30,611 nucleotides of DNA. Origin: Opitutales bacterium. GTDB lineage: Bacteria; Verrucomicrobiota; Verrucomicrobiia; Opitutales; JABSRG01. Within the stretch, counting starts at the first letter, position 1; each line of letters begins with the position of its first letter. This document shows, piece after piece, positions 26,978-30,611 of this stretch. The notes beneath the pieces were generated by a model. It was not told the origin of the DNA. It did no database searches and was given only the letters and a program-made list of their open reading frames with translations. The translations under genes and the position numbers were made by a program. The DNA is taken from positions 1 through 30,611 of the forward strand of contig JBMYOQ010000053.1 of the NCBI GenBank assembly GCA_049599475.1. The letters run 5' to 3'.

Positions 26978-27982
26978 ATGGACTTGTATGGTACATCCTA
27001 TCTCGGCCTGCAGACGCACCCCGAGTATCTCAGAATCCTTCAGGAGAACTTGCAGCAGTATGGGGTGAATAATCCAATGAGTCGAAATAACGCCGGTGTT
27101 TTTAAAGTACTGGAACGCGCTGAAACATCCTTGATGGAAGAATGGGAGTCAGAGGAGGCTTGCCTACTGCCGAACGGATTTCAGGCAGGCCAGGCAGTTT
27201 TGGCAGTCTGCAGGGATCTCGACTGCCCAATCTACGCTCAAGCTGACGGACATCCGTGCTATCTGCCAAACGTTCTTGCCGACACATCCAGCTCCGTAGC
27301 TCTTGATAGATTTGGTCTTATCTTTGATGCAGTTGATCCCTTCACGGGTCTTTCCAATTGGATGCAAAAAACATCGCTAGAGCTCGTCCACCGAGCTGAT
27401 TTTAAGGCGCTTGATGTGTCTCATGTCGCTGGCGTCTGGCCCTCCCAGGATCTAATCAAACACCTCAACCCAGAGCGTAGCCCACTTACGCTGTATTTCG
27501 GATCGTTGGCAAAAGCATCCGCATTTCCCGCAGGGTTTGTTGCCGGTCCTCGGAAAATCATTCGGCAAATCCGCGCTCTGCCCCAGTTCACTGCATCGTC
27601 TCCTCCGGCGAATTACCTGGCTGCAAGCTTCCTCGACAGCACGCTTCTACGCAGCCGTCTCAAAGGCGAACTCTCGCGGATAATGAAAGAAGTCCGAAGG
27701 CGCCTAAAATTGCCAGACGACCCGTGGGCATTTCCCTCCTTTCTACTAAAAACCCCCAACAATTCAGAACTCTCCATGCTCGAAGCACAGGGCATACACA
27801 TATCTGCTCTGGCCTATCCTTCGACGCACAGTCCGGTTCGTTATCGCTGTGTGCTCAATGCAATGCTCAGCGCGACGGAGCTAGAGCAAATTCTTAAACA
27901 TCTGGGACATTTAGTAGAACACCCTCTCAGCTCCAGCCAGATACAGTGGTCCTCGATATCAAACCGACCTGAAATCACATGA
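26978..27982 (+). CDS. PLP-dependent alpha-oxoamine synthase-like enzyme (aminotransferase class I/II fold, divergent BioF-like)
   Basis: TSYLGL, SR, NGFQAG, LDVSH (DxxH) and GSLAKA (PLP lysine). Confidence 0.8.
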   Translation: MDLYGTSYLGLQTHPEYLRILQENLQQYGVNNPMSRNNAGVFKVLERAETSLMEEWESEEACLLPNGFQAGQAVLAVCRDLDCPIYAQADGHPCYLPNVLADTSSSVALDRFGLIFDAVDPFTGLSNWMQKTSLELVHRADFKALDVSHVAGVWPSQDLIKHLNPERSPLTLYFGSLAKASAFPAGFVAGPRKIIRQIRALPQFTASSPPANYLAASFLDSTLLRSRLKGELSRIMKEVRRRLKLPDDPWAFPSFLLKTPNNSELSMLEAQGIHISALAYPSTHSPVRYRCVLNAMLSATELEQILKHLGHLVEHPLSSSQIQWSSISNRPEIT

Positions 27983-29163
27983 AGTCTCTCAAATTCGCCT
28001 TAATATACGCATCATCTCTCGTTATCTCCTCGGCCCAGGCCTCGGATAACCCATTAGTTCTCCTTGAAGAATTACAGACTCCTGCTCTTTCAAAAGTCCT
28101 CGAGAATCCGGCTAAATACCAAGCTCAAATAATATATACTCAAGTAAACCGAGATACTGCAGGAGGTCTATTGAGTTTGAAGGCCTTCCAGTACAACGTC
28201 GACCCCACACGTTATTTTTATCCCGCCAGCACCGTAAAACTGCCCGCCGCGATTTTAGCCGTTGAATTCCTAAACGAGGTTGAAGGCTACAAAGATTTGT
28301 CCTTAGAAACTGAGTACACACTGTCTGGACCAGCCTTGGAGAGGATCTATCCGAATCTCGATGAGCGCACAAGTAGCCTGTCCAAGGACATAGAGAAGAT
28401 TGCCGTAGTCAGCGACAATATGGCCTATAACCGCCTCTACGATTTCCTAAGTCCTGACTACATTGAGGAAAGGATTTTTGAGCTCACCTCTTCTCGGCCT
28501 CGCTTCTCTCATCGCCTCGCGATTTTCCTCCCTCCTGAGCTCAACAGAAAAACCCTCGCTTTCAATTTTGCTTCAACACCTCCCTTCATACTAGAAGCCA
28601 AAGAACTGGGTTTACGGTCCTACGATCCCTCTCAGACAATCGGGCTGGGATACATATCCAGGGGCGAATTAGTGAATAAACCGTTCTCTATACATCAGCG
28701 AAACTTCATCCCCCTTGAGACTCTGCACAAAACCATCCTAGGGCTCGTCCTCGGAGATGAAGAGCCCAATTTACCTCAGTTCAAAATTACTCCAAATCAG
28801 AGAGCAGACCTCATAGATACATTCTCCATGCTTCCGAGGGAAAGTAATAGAATATCCGATACGGACCAGAAACTTCCGGATAATTATGCTAAATTCCTCA
28901 TCTACGGCGACCGTCCCGACGTTCAGATTCCTGATACATTACGGATCATCAACAAAATTGGACAAGCCTATGGTTTTCTAAGTGATACGGCTTATGTGAT
29001 TGACGAAGCGAGCGGTGTCGAATTCGCCCTGTCAGCCACTATTTTTGTGAATGAAAATCTGATCTTCAACGACAACAACTACGAATATGACACCATAGGA
29101 TTTCCCTTTTTGGGGGAGCTTGGACGATTTATATTAGAGTTCGAGAAGAAGCGCAGAGACTGA
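27979..29163 (+). CDS. Secreted serine hydrolase, class A beta-lactamase/PBP fold
   Basis: Signal peptide; SxxK (PASTVK), SxN (SDN) and KxG (NKIG). ATGA overlap with the upstream gene. Confidence 0.88.
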   Translation: MKSLKFALIYASSLVISSAQASDNPLVLLEELQTPALSKVLENPAKYQAQIIYTQVNRDTAGGLLSLKAFQYNVDPTRYFYPASTVKLPAAILAVEFLNEVEGYKDLSLETEYTLSGPALERIYPNLDERTSSLSKDIEKIAVVSDNMAYNRLYDFLSPDYIEERIFELTSSRPRFSHRLAIFLPPELNRKTLAFNFASTPPFILEAKELGLRSYDPSQTIGLGYISRGELVNKPFSIHQRNFIPLETLHKTILGLVLGDEEPNLPQFKITPNQRADLIDTFSMLPRESNRISDTDQKLPDNYAKFLIYGDRPDVQIPDTLRIINKIGQAYGFLSDTAYVIDEASGVEFALSATIFVNENLIFNDNNYEYDTIGFPFLGELGRFILEFEKKRRD

Positions 29164-29415
29164 AAATCCATTCCAGAAACGGAGCACTTTGGGCCTCTAC
29201 GGTTTTGCAACGACAACCCGGCCGCACTCAGCAATACAATCCTACCCAACAAACCAATCCGGAGGACCTCCTTCGCATAGAGCACCGGTGAATATGAGCA
29301 CGACGTTCAGATTCAGTACAAACTGAGCGGCCTGATTCTGCTCTGTATTCCCACTTACCAGATTCTTCCGCACGCAAAACGACGCATTTTCCACAACATC
29401 TGACGCTCCTGGGTA

Positions 29416-29435
29416 TTGACATAGTTAAACGTTTA
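29416..29435 (+). promoter_or_regulatory. Consensus -35 (TTGACA) followed by the palindrome TAAACGTTTA (LacI-type operator candidate)
   Basis: TTGACA at 29416-29421 and a perfect CG-centred 10-bp palindrome at 29426-29435. No clean -10 at 17-bp spacing. Confidence 0.5.
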
Positions 29436-29494
29436 GTCTTTAAGAATGACATCTGAATATTCACCACCACTCCTAAGTATTCAGCTCTCTCCCT

Positions 29495-30280
29495 ATGACT
29501 ACACCCTTTTTCCCTAGGTTAGTGGTCGCATCTCTCGTTGCTTCCCTGATCCCTCTTACAAGCTATGCCGAAATTGTCTTAGGTGCCGGTAGCCATCCTA
29601 GCGAGACACATAAACTAGCAGGGGTGTATGTAAGCGGCGGTTCAATCAACCTCACAGGATCCAAACAGGCGGAGATCTATGAATTTGATAGTTTCTCAAC
29701 GGTTGCCGATGGCGACGAATTCCAATTCCGCATAACGGCTCTCAGTGGCTGGGACAGCGCCTCTGCCACAGCTGCCCTTGCCGATTTCGGCTCTTATTTC
29801 AATTTCGGTGAAGACAGCCCCCTTCGTGAAGCCCTCCTAAACGGGTCGAAAACCGGAACAGGCGTAGCAACCTTCCCCACCCTGAGCCGAATCGACGATA
29901 CCGAAGCGGTCATCTATACGCTGGAGACGCTGAATCTCAATGAGAGCAATAAACTGGTGTTTTCCGGCTTTAATTTAAGCGGCATCAATACCAATGAAGA
30001 GGCCGATTTACTCATCTACGATAGCAAAACCAACTCGGTGATCTACGACAACTTCCTGGTCACCGGAGATGACCAAGAGGTCACCACGATTTCGACAGGA
30101 GAGATTGCTCTCGAAGAAGGATTTCAATTCATCATCGCCCGAAATAATGATGGAGGATCAGGAGGATTCCAATCTCAGGGATTGACACTAAATGTGGTGG
30201 AAATCCCTGAACCCTCTAGCTACGTCCTGCTGGCAGGCCTACTCACCACGGCTTGCCTGCTGGGACTCCGAAGAAAATAA
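29495..30280 (+). CDS. PEP-CTERM sorting domain surface protein
   Basis: Signal peptide; C-terminal IPEPSS, TM helix and RRK. Confidence 0.93.
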   Translation: MTTPFFPRLVVASLVASLIPLTSYAEIVLGAGSHPSETHKLAGVYVSGGSINLTGSKQAEIYEFDSFSTVADGDEFQFRITALSGWDSASATAALADFGSYFNFGEDSPLREALLNGSKTGTGVATFPTLSRIDDTEAVIYTLETLNLNESNKLVFSGFNLSGINTNEEADLLIYDSKTNSVIYDNFLVTGDDQEVTTISTGEIALEEGFQFIIARNNDGGSGGFQSQGLTLNVVEIPEPSSYVLLAGLLTTACLLGLRRK

Positions 30281-30312
30281 CGTCTTCAAGGAATTCAAAA
30301 GATCCTCAGACC

Positions 30313-30346
30313 AAGCCACCTGAATTCTCAGGTGGCTTTTCTTTTT
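30313..30346 (+). terminator. Rho-independent terminator
   Basis: AAGCCACCTGA-ATTC-TCAGGTGGCTT followed by TTCTTTTT. Confidence 0.85.
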
Positions 30347-30372
30347 ACCGAATCTAGGGATCTGGGTTGGGA

Positions 30373-30537
30373 TAGACCCTTTCTCAAAATAATTTTCGTA
30401 AACAAATGGTACAAGGGTGAGCCGATCGAGGGTCTCACAAAGGCTTAAATGTTGCGGCTCACCAGAGACTCGTCCGAGCGCCGCAGCGATCCAGCCCAAC
30501 GCATACACTGCGGCATCGGGGCAAGCCCGAGCCCTAC
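30373..30537. repeat. Mosaic of MITE end module and truncated REP doublets
   Basis: 30373-30411 matches 15-53 (-). Inverted GGTGAGCCG/CGGCTCACC (30416-30424/30455-30463) and GCCGCAG/CTGCGGC (30480-30486/30508-30514). Minus-strand REP GTAG-GGC-TCGGG-CTTGC-CCCGA-T-GCC starts at 30537. Confidence 0.65.
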
Positions 30538-30611
30538 GCTCAATCTGCCTACCCATCGTAGATGACATGGGAGTTTATCGGGAACGCTGGATGCGTATGC
30601 CGATAAACAAG

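Noticed and set aside
26978..27982. Assigning the symbol bioF
   Set aside because: Motifs are divergent and there is no biotin gene context. Only the family can be supported.
27979..29163. Antibiotic-resistance beta-lactamase
   Set aside because: It is longer than true class A enzymes and I see no clear omega-loop ExxLN motif. The SxxK/SxN/KxG motifs are shared with PBP-like peptidases.
29079..29470. Small minus-strand ORFs or an ncRNA in the long intergenic region
   Set aside because: No coding motifs and no recognisable structured RNA.
30239..30568. 109-aa minus-strand ORF
   Set aside because: It reads through REP repeats and a terminator and overlaps the PEP-CTERM gene, so it is probably spurious.

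Overview
A bacterial chromosomal window. The PEP-CTERM protein, the giant PilX-like 'Verru_Chthon A'-type protein, the PVC-type ECF sigma/FecR pair, two sulfatases and the A/C-rich leaders without Shine-Dalgarno sites suggest Verrucomicrobiota, probably Opitutia (inference). In order it holds: xylR <- -> xylA-xylB, where the kinase is of the eukaryotic XYLB/Xks1 type; a HAD-IIA phosphatase; a minus-strand block (type III PKS, degenerate GT2, GT9-like half protein, LolA-like carrier, MMPL transporter, hypothetical, SecD-head-only lipoprotein, M23 peptidase); metY; sulfatase-ECF sigma-FecR; a beta-hydroxyacid dehydrogenase plus alpha/beta hydrolase; a 1318-aa PilX-like protein with a secreted partner; a second sulfatase; a BioF-like PLP enzyme coupled to a class A beta-lactamase-fold serine hydrolase; and a PEP-CTERM gene. 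Several GTAG-type REP/MITE-like repeat mosaics lie in intergenic DNA (1-87, 4366-4500, 30373-30537). I saw no rRNA, tRNA, CRISPR array or transposase. The best candidate for an undescribed system is the type III PKS + pseudo-glycosyltransferases + LolA/MMPL/SecD-head/M23 block, a possible polyketide-lipid synthesis and envelope export module, but the functional link is only inferred from gene order. All family calls rest on motif recognition by eye; no database was searched.
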